Positions 1-7,892 of a stretch of DNA of 64,000 nt are shown one piece after another; positions within the stretch are counted from its first letter, which is position 1, and each line of letters opens with the position of its first letter. The position numbers and the translations under genes were made by a program. Under the pieces are notes generated by a model. It was not told where the DNA came from and did not search any database. It worked only from the letters and a program-made list of their open reading frames with translations. Source of the stretch: Patescibacteria group bacterium (lineage in GTDB: Bacteria > Patescibacteriota > Microgenomatia > UBA8517); NCBI GenBank assembly GCA_038061225.1, contig JBBTZT010000005.1, positions 19,646 to 83,645 of the forward strand. Reading direction: 5' to 3'.

Positions 1-501
1 ATCATATTTTTCACCTAATAGGATGTTTGTAACGAAACATCTAATAAACATTTCATGAGATACAACTACAATACTTTTATTTAAATAGTTAGTTGTTAAA
101 TTATTTTTGAAATTAAATGCACGTTCTGAGACCTCTCTTATCGATTCTTCATTATTTTCGAATTTCCAATCAAGATCACTGTAATTTTTGATATTCTCAT
201 CGTTATAACGTTTACTTATATCACTTTGTCTATCAACTCCATAAATTTCTGAATATTGCTCACGTTCCTGAATTCCGTCAATTTGCTCAAGTTTTTTATC
301 AAGTAATTCTGAAATTATTTTTGCTGTTTCTATTGCTCTTTTCCACTTACTGGATAGTATTAAATCCACTTTTTTGAACCGAGATAGAGTAGATAAGTTT
401 TCAGATTGTTTTACCCCTGTACCACTAAGTGGAGTATCAGGAGTCTGCCATTTTTCTCTTGAACCTGAACCTTCTGCATGTCTAACTAGAAATATAAACA
501 T
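1..501 (-). CDS. Histidine phosphatase superfamily protein (phosphoglycerate-mutase-like), 3' end beyond window
   Basis: Manual minus-strand translation from the ATG at 501..499: MFIFLVRHAEGSGSREKWQTPDTPLSGTGVKQSENLSTLSRFKKVDLILSSKWKRAIETAKII...VVVSHEMFIRC. It has the RHxE catalytic His motif, the SxxxRAxxTA motif and a VSHxxxIR motif. There is an in-frame TAG upstream of the ATG. The ORF runs off the window start, so it is absent from the ORF track. Confidence 0.6.
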   Translation of the reverse strand, partial: MFIFLVRHAEGSGSREKWQTPDTPLSGTGVKQSENLSTLSRFKKVDLILSSKWKRAIETAKIISELLDKKLEQIDGIQEREQYSEIYGVDRQSDISKRYNDENIKNYSDLDWKFENNEESIREVSERAFNFKNNLTTNYLNKSIVVVSHEMFIRCFVTNILLGEKYD

Positions 502-525
502 ATTTAGAAGTATATCATCCTATTT

Positions 526-1302
526 TCATTTTGTACCAACTGCCACCACACCAACGACAGATTCATCAAGACCATCAATATCAAGCAGTTTGTTAATTCC
601 TTTGTCGTTAAATCCACCAATTGAGCAAACCCCAAGACCCAAACCAGTTCCCATTAAATATAGATTTTGAGCCATGTGTCCATATTCTGTCAAAATATGT
701 CTATAGCCTCTGTCCTTATATTTAACTTCAGTTCTGTCAAATACAGCTGTAATAATAAATAGCAATGCTGACTTTTTAATCCAAAGTTGATCAAATTGAC
801 TTATAACTTCTTCTTTTGAAACATCATCCAAGACACATTCTAGAGAATGAGTTTTAACGTGATAATGATATATACCCTTTTTTATTTTCTCTACATTGAA
901 AACAATTGGATATACTTCTAATGGATATCTCGCTCCGCCTGATGGATAATTTCTTTTTTCACCACTTTTACTGGAGTCTCTTATTCCAGCAGAATAATAA
1001 ATAAGATCAGAAAATTTATTAAGATTTATTCTATTACTAGCAAAGTTTCTGAATGATTCTCTTTCCAAAATTGTTTTTTCAAGATCTATTTTAATTGCTG
1101 TTGGGGTAGGTAGAATCAATTGATCAAACCTAGGATATGCTTTGTGATACACTTTTTTCCATTCTGATGGCCATGACTCTCGAGGAGTTTTCTTAAACGC
1201 TTTAAAATCATCAATATTTGTAGATATATGAAATTTTCGTGAATTAGATAGTCCTTCAACGCATTCAATTAAACTTTCAATTTTGTCATTTATTTTTGTC
1301 AT
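526..1302 (-). CDS. SagB-type dehydrogenase (nitroreductase superfamily, TOMM/LAP azoline oxidase-like)
   Basis: 258 aa. It has the YPSGGARYPLEVY hallmark of SagB/McbC-type dehydrogenases. It lies 3 nt downstream of the YcaO gene on the same strand. Confidence 0.75.
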   Translation of the reverse strand: MTKINDKIESLIECVEGLSNSRKFHISTNIDDFKAFKKTPRESWPSEWKKVYHKAYPRFDQLILPTPTAIKIDLEKTILERESFRNFASNRINLNKFSDLIYYSAGIRDSSKSGEKRNYPSGGARYPLEVYPIVFNVEKIKKGIYHYHVKTHSLECVLDDVSKEEVISQFDQLWIKKSALLFIITAVFDRTEVKYKDRGYRHILTEYGHMAQNLYLMGTGLGLGVCSIGGFNDKGINKLLDIDGLDESVVGVVAVGTK

Positions 1303-1305
1303 ATT

Positions 1306-2649
1306 TTATAAAAATGGATGAGGAAATTTATTTAAATTCAACTCTAATTTTCTTTTAAATCCAAGTTTTTCAGGAATACTATATAGCCTATCTCCACCTA
1401 ATAGTGGATATTTTTCATTAAGGTAAATCGGTTGCATTTTTGGAATAATTACTTTTACAATATGATAATTAAGTTTTTTAAATTTTTCTATAGTTATATC
1501 TTTATAATATAAGTCATATTTTTTATTTTTAAATATTTCAATTAACGTTTTTAGTTTTTCCCCTGATTTCATTAGATTACTAGAATAATTAATATCTTTT
1601 ATATTTGCATTTTCTATCCAAAAATTGATATTTTTAATTGCTTCTGTGCCATACCACAAGAAACCTCTTAGTTTGATATCTGAACTTTTTTGTAAATCCT
1701 GGATATTAACTTTCATTGGCTCATCTTCAAAACTTGATCTAAGCCATGATCGTGTATGAAGTGCTTCTTCAATAGATCCACTAATTGCTTTGATTATATC
1801 AAAATCGCATTTTAGTCCGACAGATACAGCCTTACCAATTCCAGAGCGATTTATTATAATTGATGCAATAGTTGGAATTTTAATGTCTGTTGTAATATCT
1901 AACACTACAACTTCAAATTTATACCTATCTAAAATCAATTGTAACTTTCTAATTTCAGGATTATCTATATTTCTAAGGTTAATTTTTGAAGGTGTAATTT
2001 TATTAAGATAAAAAATCATAAACGAATCACGTTCAACAACTTCACAAATTCCTCGAACTATAGCAGCTGAGATGTTTGCACCACCTGCCACTCCCGTACT
2101 GATAGCTGAATAAATAGATGGCTCATTCTTTAGATATGGATATGAAAGATATATAAATTGTGAAGGTATCAGATATTGTTTATCAACTAATAGAGAAATA
2201 CAATCGGTCCATCTAAAAACAGAATTATTGTCAATTCTGAATTTTTTAAATTCATCCTTCTTAAGTTGGTTTTTCGAAAAAGCTGATATTGATCTAGGAT
2301 CAATAAAATTACAATTCATATGATTAATTGATTTCGTAGTAAAAGTTGATTCTTTTTTAAAAAAGAAGTTACAATATCTTTCTGTAGATTCACACAAGGA
2401 TTTTAACAATGCCTCCTTTTGTGAATGAAGTGAAGCTCCCGAAGACTTTGAGTGAAAATGTCTACCATCATTTTTTAAAAATAAATCATTTAGATCAGCA
2501 GAATAATACCAAAATTTAGGTTCATCATAATATTGACGAACTCTTTTAATTTTTTTAATTAATCCGTAATCCTTATCGACAAGACAAGACAAAGACAATA
2601 AAGTCCTATCTATATCTTGCTCACTTTCGCTATATAGATTCTGTATCAC
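1306..2649 (-). CDS. YcaO-domain protein (ATP-dependent cyclodehydratase-type)
   Basis: 447 aa. It carries the YcaO ATP-binding motifs SGASLHSQKEALLKSLCESTERY and GVAGGANISAAIVRGICEVVERD. It starts 8 nt downstream of the precursor ORF. Confidence 0.85.
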   Translation of the reverse strand: MIQNLYSESEQDIDRTLLSLSCLVDKDYGLIKKIKRVRQYYDEPKFWYYSADLNDLFLKNDGRHFHSKSSGASLHSQKEALLKSLCESTERYCNFFFKKESTFTTKSINHMNCNFIDPRSISAFSKNQLKKDEFKKFRIDNNSVFRWTDCISLLVDKQYLIPSQFIYLSYPYLKNEPSIYSAISTGVAGGANISAAIVRGICEVVERDSFMIFYLNKITPSKINLRNIDNPEIRKLQLILDRYKFEVVVLDITTDIKIPTIASIIINRSGIGKAVSVGLKCDFDIIKAISGSIEEALHTRSWLRSSFEDEPMKVNIQDLQKSSDIKLRGFLWYGTEAIKNINFWIENANIKDINYSSNLMKSGEKLKTLIEIFKNKKYDLYYKDITIEKFKKLNYHIVKVIIPKMQPIYLNEKYPLLGGDRLYSIPEKLGFKRKLELNLNKFPHPFL

Positions 2650-2657
2650 TTTTTGTG

Positions 2658-2843
2658 TTATTCACCTGAACCACCTGAACCTTCACAACCGCAGCTTGCT
2701 GCACAATCAGACTCACAACCACAACTTTGTGCACAATCCGCTGTACATGCTGAATCACAGTCAGAAGTTTCCATTTTGATGCTTTTTGTTTCCATCATTG
2801 GCTTAGCGTCTCTCAAATCTCTATTTTTGTTTATTAATTTCAA
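2658..2843 (-). CDS. RiPP precursor peptide, Cys/Ser-rich core (LAP/TOMM-like)
   Basis: The 74-codon ORF in the track (2658..2882) begins at a TTG. The better start is the TTG at 2843..2841, which is preceded by a strong SD (AAGGAGGTGA, 8-nt spacer). The resulting 61-aa product is MKLINKNRDLRDAKPMMETKSIKMETSDCDSACTADCAQSCGCESDCAASCGCEGSGGSGE. It has nine Cys at regular xxxC spacing with adjacent Ser/Thr. It sits immediately upstream of YcaO. Confidence 0.6.
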   Translation of the reverse strand: MKLINKNRDLRDAKPMMETKSIKMETSDCDSACTADCAQSCGCESDCAASCGCEGSGGSGE

Positions 2844-2887
2844 TTTAATCACCTCCTTAGTAAATTCGTAAGAATAATACAAGCAGA

Positions 2888-2915
2888 ACTATATCAGAAA
2901 TGATCAAATAGTCAA
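2888..2915 (-). promoter_or_regulatory. Candidate sigma70-type promoter for the precursor-YcaO-SagB operon
   Basis: On the minus strand there is TTGACT (plus 2915..2910), a 16-nt spacer and TATAGT (plus 2893..2888). This lies ~45 nt upstream of the SD and TTG start. Confidence 0.4.
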
Positions 2916-2987
2916 TAACTTATGGGGCTTATGGGTATATTTAAAATTGGCTTGTCAAGTTGTAAACAAGTTTGGCACTTTAACTCG

Positions 2988-3047
2988 TCAGAACTGACTC
3001 GTTAAATTGTAAATTGGCAGGATTATTGCAATGACTAAAAATCCAAC
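2988..3047. repeat. Direct repeat copy A: duplicate of the pilC 3' terminus (candidate attL/attR-type island boundary)
   Basis: It matches 7833..7892 over ~60 nt (30+14+8+5 identical, 3 mismatches). All 3 mismatches are synonymous in the pilC frame. The copy still encodes ...VGFLVIAIILPIYNLTSQF* preceded by a stop. Confidence 0.7.
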
Positions 3048-3066
3048 ACACTATCATGCAATTTGG

Positions 3067-4404
3067 CTATTTTATTTGTAAAGCTTCAATAAAATTCTTA
3101 TCAAATTTATCAAATCTCTCCGTTAGTATAGGATCTAGATAGAAAAATGGCTGGTGTGAGTAATTTGAATTAAAAATTTTTCCATAAACAGGTAGATAAC
3201 CCTTTGTCGTTAACATAATTCTAAATCCCACATTTATATCAAAGTTCTTACCGACATACCCGCTTCCGTGGAATGATGATAGTTTTGTAGATCTATTGAT
3301 AGGATATAAAGTTAAACGATCTATAATATTATGCATGTCGCATCTAATAGAATCTGGATATATATATTCTACTGGTTTAGTTAATCTTCCAGACACAATT
3401 TCAGAAATATAATTTATAGTAAAACTCCATGTATCATGGACGATCTTTTGCCTAAGTATATTAATTTTTTCACTAGAATTTTTAAAGTTGAATATATCTT
3501 CAAAAACATGGAGAGTTAAATTATCTTTATCTTTTGAAGATTTAATTTCATGTACATAAATGCAATAAATTAAAGACATATAGAGGGCAATAAATTTATT
3601 TGCTAATTCTTTATCTTTAGCTGAACTCAAAATCTTCGAAATGTTTAAGAGAGGATCTTTAAGATTGATATACTTACCAAACATCTTTGTATAATTTGCC
3701 CTTGTTTTTAAAAAGATTTTTCTTTTTTCAAATTTAATTTCTTCTGGAAGAAATTTGTCTAAAGTCTTAACATAATCTACAAGCTCGACATATCCTTCTA
3801 AATTTAAATGTTTGGAAAATAATAACAAAGTCGTTTGATATTTATTAATTATTTCATCAGGAAAATTTAAAATCTGTTTAAAACGATACCCATCCATTAA
3901 AACAATAAATTTAGCTCCAACTGGATAAATATATTTTACAGCCAAACATATTTCCTTTAATCTTGCCAAGGAAGCCAAATCTGCTAGGTCTGGTAACAAA
4001 TCTGCACTCTTTAATAAATTTGGTATCTTGCAAGGAAATAAAGAGATAGTGAGTCGAATTGGTAAATTTTCTTTTATTCTATCAGAAACTTTTTGGTACA
4101 AAATATCAAAACCACTACTTTCTCTAGTACCACCCCTATATCTTCTTGCCATAAGTACTTCTACAACCATCCGATTGAGATCAGTTTTCTTACCATTCCT
4201 AAATTTCTTTTTAACTCTCTCTGCTATTTTAGACGCGTTTTTCTCTATCAATTGATTTATTTTTTTTGAAAGTAGCAGAAATAATTCATCATTCATTGTA
4301 AAATTAGTGTTTTTTCTTGATACAAATTTACTTGTTTTAAGATTAATAGATCTTAATGACGAACAGCTGATTAAAATTTCATTTTTGCTAAAAATATTTT
4401 TCAT
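3067..4404 (-). CDS. Hypothetical protein, 445 aa (island cargo)
   Basis: The ORF is intact and overlaps the upstream gene's stop by 4 nt (ATGA). Motifs FPCKIPN ... YPVGAKFIVLMDGYRF weakly recall the Dit1/PvcA isonitrile-synthase family. This is from memory only and unverified. Confidence 0.35.
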   Translation of the reverse strand: MKNIFSKNEILISCSSLRSINLKTSKFVSRKNTNFTMNDELFLLLSKKINQLIEKNASKIAERVKKKFRNGKKTDLNRMVVEVLMARRYRGGTRESSGFDILYQKVSDRIKENLPIRLTISLFPCKIPNLLKSADLLPDLADLASLARLKEICLAVKYIYPVGAKFIVLMDGYRFKQILNFPDEIINKYQTTLLLFSKHLNLEGYVELVDYVKTLDKFLPEEIKFEKRKIFLKTRANYTKMFGKYINLKDPLLNISKILSSAKDKELANKFIALYMSLIYCIYVHEIKSSKDKDNLTLHVFEDIFNFKNSSEKINILRQKIVHDTWSFTINYISEIVSGRLTKPVEYIYPDSIRCDMHNIIDRLTLYPINRSTKLSSFHGSGYVGKNFDINVGFRIMLTTKGYLPVYGKIFNSNYSHQPFFYLDPILTERFDKFDKNFIEALQIK

Positions 4405-5630
4405 ATATTTTGTAAATCAATAATGTTTCCTGGCAACTCTTTATCTACAATTTTTTGAATTGTTTGCCAATAATCTTTTATTTCCGATAATTCCTTTTCT
4501 GTAGCTGGTGTTTTGTCACGTCCGAATACAATAGGTACGTCTTTATTACATAAAGTTTTGGATGAACAAGCGGTGGTGATGACTCTAGGGATAATATCCA
4601 ACCTAAATTCAGGAGATTCTTTTGAAAAGGAAAAGTTAAATGCTCCAGAGAAACCTTTTGATATCCAAATCTGGTTGGCTTTAGTTATTATTCCCTTTTC
4701 TCTTCCTGGAGCAGCTGCCACTAAATTATTTGCAAGATATTTAAGTAATACGACAGAATCTCTTGATATAAAGTTTTGTTTATTCAAATAGGTACTTAAT
4801 CTTTTAACACGATCTTTTCTTGCTCTTGGAATATATCTTTGAGTAGTAAAATCTAATGATTTATCGGTGAAGACTTCCTGAATTTTGTTATACTCGCATC
4901 TCATATTGGTATATAAATTTACTAATCCTGGGAATAAACTTTTAAAATTCTTGGTGTCTGAAAAATATATAGATGTAAAACCAAAGTTTTCTTCCAACCT
5001 ACTGAAACCTTGATTTGGAAATAAATTCTTTTTTTCCTTCAGAGATATTATAAAATCATGGAAGATTTTTGAAAATGGCTCGATAAGAGATAATCTATCA
5101 AACCAATTTAGTTCACTCCATGATATTGACGTTAGATTTTTATTCAACACAGAATCTTCAACTAAATAAATATGGGAGTGTAATCTTTTTAAAGTATGGT
5201 TTCCCAAAAGCGAAACATCTTCAGAATTGAAACCTAGTGTTATTTGGACGTTTTTATTCCCAAAATCTAAAAGTTTGTTCACCATAACTTGATTGACAAT
5301 AAGTAATTTCTCACCCTCAACTTCAGTAAGATCAGTGATCGAAGAAACATCTCTGTCTGGCTCGCCAATGAAAATGTTCACATCCCTCAAACCGAATGAA
5401 TAGCTTTTTGGTGTAATTAAGTAATCTAAGTGTGATCCTTCAAATTTAAGAGCAGCAAGAGGAAGAATTCTTTTTCTAAACTTCAACCAATCTACTGAGT
5501 TAGCTTCTGTATTATTCAACGGTGCCATAAAATATAAAGGTCGATGAATTTTTCCAACATTCATCGATTTTGCTTTTAACATTTGGTCAAAAATAGGGTT
5601 TTCTATCATGTTATTTAATAGTAAGAACAT
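4401..5630 (-). CDS. Hypothetical protein, 409 aa (island cargo)
   Basis: The ORF is intact with no recognisable catalytic motif. It is translationally coupled to its neighbours. Confidence 0.35.
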   Translation of the reverse strand: MFLLLNNMIENPIFDQMLKAKSMNVGKIHRPLYFMAPLNNTEANSVDWLKFRKRILPLAALKFEGSHLDYLITPKSYSFGLRDVNIFIGEPDRDVSSITDLTEVEGEKLLIVNQVMVNKLLDFGNKNVQITLGFNSEDVSLLGNHTLKRLHSHIYLVEDSVLNKNLTSISWSELNWFDRLSLIEPFSKIFHDFIISLKEKKNLFPNQGFSRLEENFGFTSIYFSDTKNFKSLFPGLVNLYTNMRCEYNKIQEVFTDKSLDFTTQRYIPRARKDRVKRLSTYLNKQNFISRDSVVLLKYLANNLVAAAPGREKGIITKANQIWISKGFSGAFNFSFSKESPEFRLDIIPRVITTACSSKTLCNKDVPIVFGRDKTPATEKELSEIKDYWQTIQKIVDKELPGNIIDLQNI

Positions 5631-6663
5631 CTAACTGGTCAAGACGCGTTTTTATTCTAGAGAATAAATATTTTATATATTTATTCTCATTAAAATTGGA
5701 ATCTGCAAATTTCCTTGATTCCAACTTTTGGGGTGTGAAACTCCAAAGAAGAATACCTATCCAATTCAATGCCTGTAGAGGAACAAAGATTTTAACTCTA
5801 TCTATAATATCTTTTGGTAACATTGACTCACTTCGATATTTATTTATAAAATATCTTATATTTTCATTAGATAGACCCCAAGATCCTTCATGTGTTACAA
5901 AATTTGCAACTATTTTAGAAGGGTCGTCCCATCCAAAATACTCAAAATCTATGAAACATACATCTCCATTATCTTTAAAAATTGCATTATGAGGTCCAAA
6001 ATCTACTGGGCTTAATCTCATTAAAGAGTCATCTATTTCTTCGGAGAAACTATCACCGGACATTCTTTTTAGATTTTTTATTTGACCGTTAATTCGTTCC
6101 AAAACTTTGGTTCCCTTTGAAAAATTAACAATATCTGGACTTGTCTTAGGTGTCTTAATTAATTCTTCAAATTTTTTGATCTTTTCCAAGATTACATTTG
6201 AAAACTGTTCAGCTGATTGTGTAGAAAGAACAGCATTTGGAAAATTCTGTTTTGTTTCAATAGGTTTAATGTTTTGTATTTTAAAAATAAATGACAGGAA
6301 TCTGTCTAAATCCTTTTTAACTAATTCTCTTCCAGATTTCACTATACCTGTTTCAAAAGAGTAAACCGCATAGCCTTTATCCTCATCTTTAAAAAAAGGT
6401 ACGGGTAATCTTGTTTCTCCAAGGCTTCTTAAATATTTAAAAGCTGAAAATTCTCTATTCAATCTATTTCTATCATCTTTAAAATATCGTTTAAATAAGT
6501 AACTTTTTCCGTTCTCCGAACTTACTTTAAAAATTTTATTATTAAAACCACCATCCAAGCTTTCAAACTCATCAATCGATATTCCAAAATGTTTTGCTAT
6601 TACACCTTTTATAATAGAAGAATCTTCTTGTGTTTTGTTTTCTTTCATTTTTGTTTTACTCAT
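5611..6663 (-). CDS. Aminoglycoside-phosphotransferase/choline-kinase-like kinase (APH fold)
   Basis: 350 aa. It has the Brenner-type catalytic/Mg-binding region HNAIFKDNGDVCFIDFEYFGWDDP (HxN...IDFE) typical of the APH/ChoK/CotS family. Confidence 0.6.
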   Translation of the reverse strand: MSKTKMKENKTQEDSSIIKGVIAKHFGISIDEFESLDGGFNNKIFKVSSENGKSYLFKRYFKDDRNRLNREFSAFKYLRSLGETRLPVPFFKDEDKGYAVYSFETGIVKSGRELVKKDLDRFLSFIFKIQNIKPIETKQNFPNAVLSTQSAEQFSNVILEKIKKFEELIKTPKTSPDIVNFSKGTKVLERINGQIKNLKRMSGDSFSEEIDDSLMRLSPVDFGPHNAIFKDNGDVCFIDFEYFGWDDPSKIVANFVTHEGSWGLSNENIRYFINKYRSESMLPKDIIDRVKIFVPLQALNWIGILLWSFTPQKLESRKFADSNFNENKYIKYLFSRIKTRLDQLDVLTIK

Positions 6664-7354
6664 TTATCAAGTTAATATCGTCAATTGTGCACTGGTCTAC
6701 CTTCCATTTTGTAACATCTGATAAATTTTTTTTACCTTCAAACCCTTTAAAGATATGGGTATGTACTAATAGTTCGGATTTGTGTAAATTGTTTACCAAA
6801 TCAGCATTACCAAATCTATTTAAAACTGAAAAGGGTACGTGCGCAACATTTGCTTGTGACATTTTAGTCCAACCGATAATTTTGTTCGTAACTAACCCTT
6901 GAGACATCCAGTCCTGAAAAATAAAATTATGCATAATCAATCCTAATTTTAATTTAGGAAAAATATCCCTGATATATGGTAAAAGTGGAACTTCACTTGT
7001 AGTTAATTCTATATCTGCTTTAGAATATTGTTTTAGTTGATCCTTGAGAATCGGAAGTATCTCAGTATTCATAGCTTTAATCTCTATTTCAATCCTTCCT
7101 TTGTTGTGAATTTTGCTAAGAATTTCGTCTAGTCCTGAATAATCAGACTCTATCGAAGAGATATAATTGTGTACTATCATAATTTTTCCATTTCGAAGTT
7201 GAATATCCATTTCAATTCCATCAGCCCCATTCAAAAAGGCTGAATTGAAAGCGTCAAGAGTATTTTCAAGAAAATGAACAGTATCCCCTCGATGGGCAAT
7301 AAGAAGAGGTTTATACCTAAAATTTTCAAACTTTTCTTTTGGAGCTAGCGACAT
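6656..7354 (-). CDS. Glycerophosphodiester phosphodiesterase family protein
   Basis: It has LIAHRGDT...ENTLDAFNSAFLNGADGIEMDIQL, the GDPD/UgpQ-type active-site region. Confidence 0.65.
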   Translation of the reverse strand: MSLAPKEKFENFRYKPLLIAHRGDTVHFLENTLDAFNSAFLNGADGIEMDIQLRNGKIMIVHNYISSIESDYSGLDEILSKIHNKGRIEIEIKAMNTEILPILKDQLKQYSKADIELTTSEVPLLPYIRDIFPKLKLGLIMHNFIFQDWMSQGLVTNKIIGWTKMSQANVAHVPFSVLNRFGNADLVNNLHKSELLVHTHIFKGFEGKKNLSDVTKWKVDQCTIDDINLINE

Positions 7355-7411
7355 TTACCTATAGTATCACTATTAAGACAAAATGGCAAAAAAACAGCTT
7401 CTTTAATATTT

Positions 7412-7831
7412 TTAGATAATTAAGCTTTTGTATTTAGATAGTCTAAGTTTTACAGCACTGGTAAGCTTTAGTTTTGTTAGTTCTTTCAAATTGAAGAATT
7501 TTATTGCTTGACCTTCGTCCTGTCCTAACTTAAATAATTTTACTTCATCATTGTCGACCGTTGACAAAAATGTATATGAATATTTTCCGTCATCCTTTTT
7601 AAATTCTCCAATATATTGAAGCTCTTTGGGTACATGTGTAATTTCTTCTTTAAGTTCTCTTTTTATTGCTTGGAGTGGAGTTTCATTTTCATTCATCCGC
7701 CCTCCTGGGAGATGCCAATAATTGGGATATGGAATATCTTTTTTGTCGTCTCTATGAAATAGAAGCAACTTATTTTTATAAGTTATTAAAGCGAAAACTG
7801 AATTACTTGCAATCCAATGGTTAATATTCAT
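7412..7831 (-). CDS. NUDIX hydrolase
   Basis: It has the Nudix box GGRMNENETPLQAIKRELKEEI (GX5EX7REUXEEXGU). Confidence 0.7.
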   Translation of the reverse strand: MNINHWIASNSVFALITYKNKLLLFHRDDKKDIPYPNYWHLPGGRMNENETPLQAIKRELKEEITHVPKELQYIGEFKKDDGKYSYTFLSTVDNDEVKLFKLGQDEGQAIKFFNLKELTKLKLTSAVKLRLSKYKSLII

Positions 7832-7832
7832 A

Positions 7833-7892
7833 TCAGAACTGACTCGTTAAATTGTAAATTGGAAGGATTATTGCAATAACTAAAAAGCCAAC
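7833..7892. repeat. Direct repeat copy B = genuine 3' end of pilC
   Basis: It is identical to 2988..3047 apart from 3 synonymous mismatches. It encodes the PilC C-terminus ...VGFLVIAIILPIYNLTSQF*. Confidence 0.7.

Noticed and set aside
374-670. 98-aa plus-strand ORF at the left end
   Set aside because: It lies antisense to two minus-strand genes with clear family signatures (SagB-type dehydrogenase and histidine phosphatase). It is low complexity with no motif, so it is a spurious shadow ORF.
1790-2011. 73-aa plus-strand ORF inside the YcaO gene
   Set aside because: It is antisense to the conserved YcaO coding region and has no support.
2988-3047. The distal pilC-end repeat as a Rho-independent terminator or a pilC pseudogene fragment from segmental duplication
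   Set aside because: There is no stem-loop plus T-run. Only the last 60 nt are duplicated, and all differences are synonymous. That fits an att-site copy better than a decaying pseudogene.
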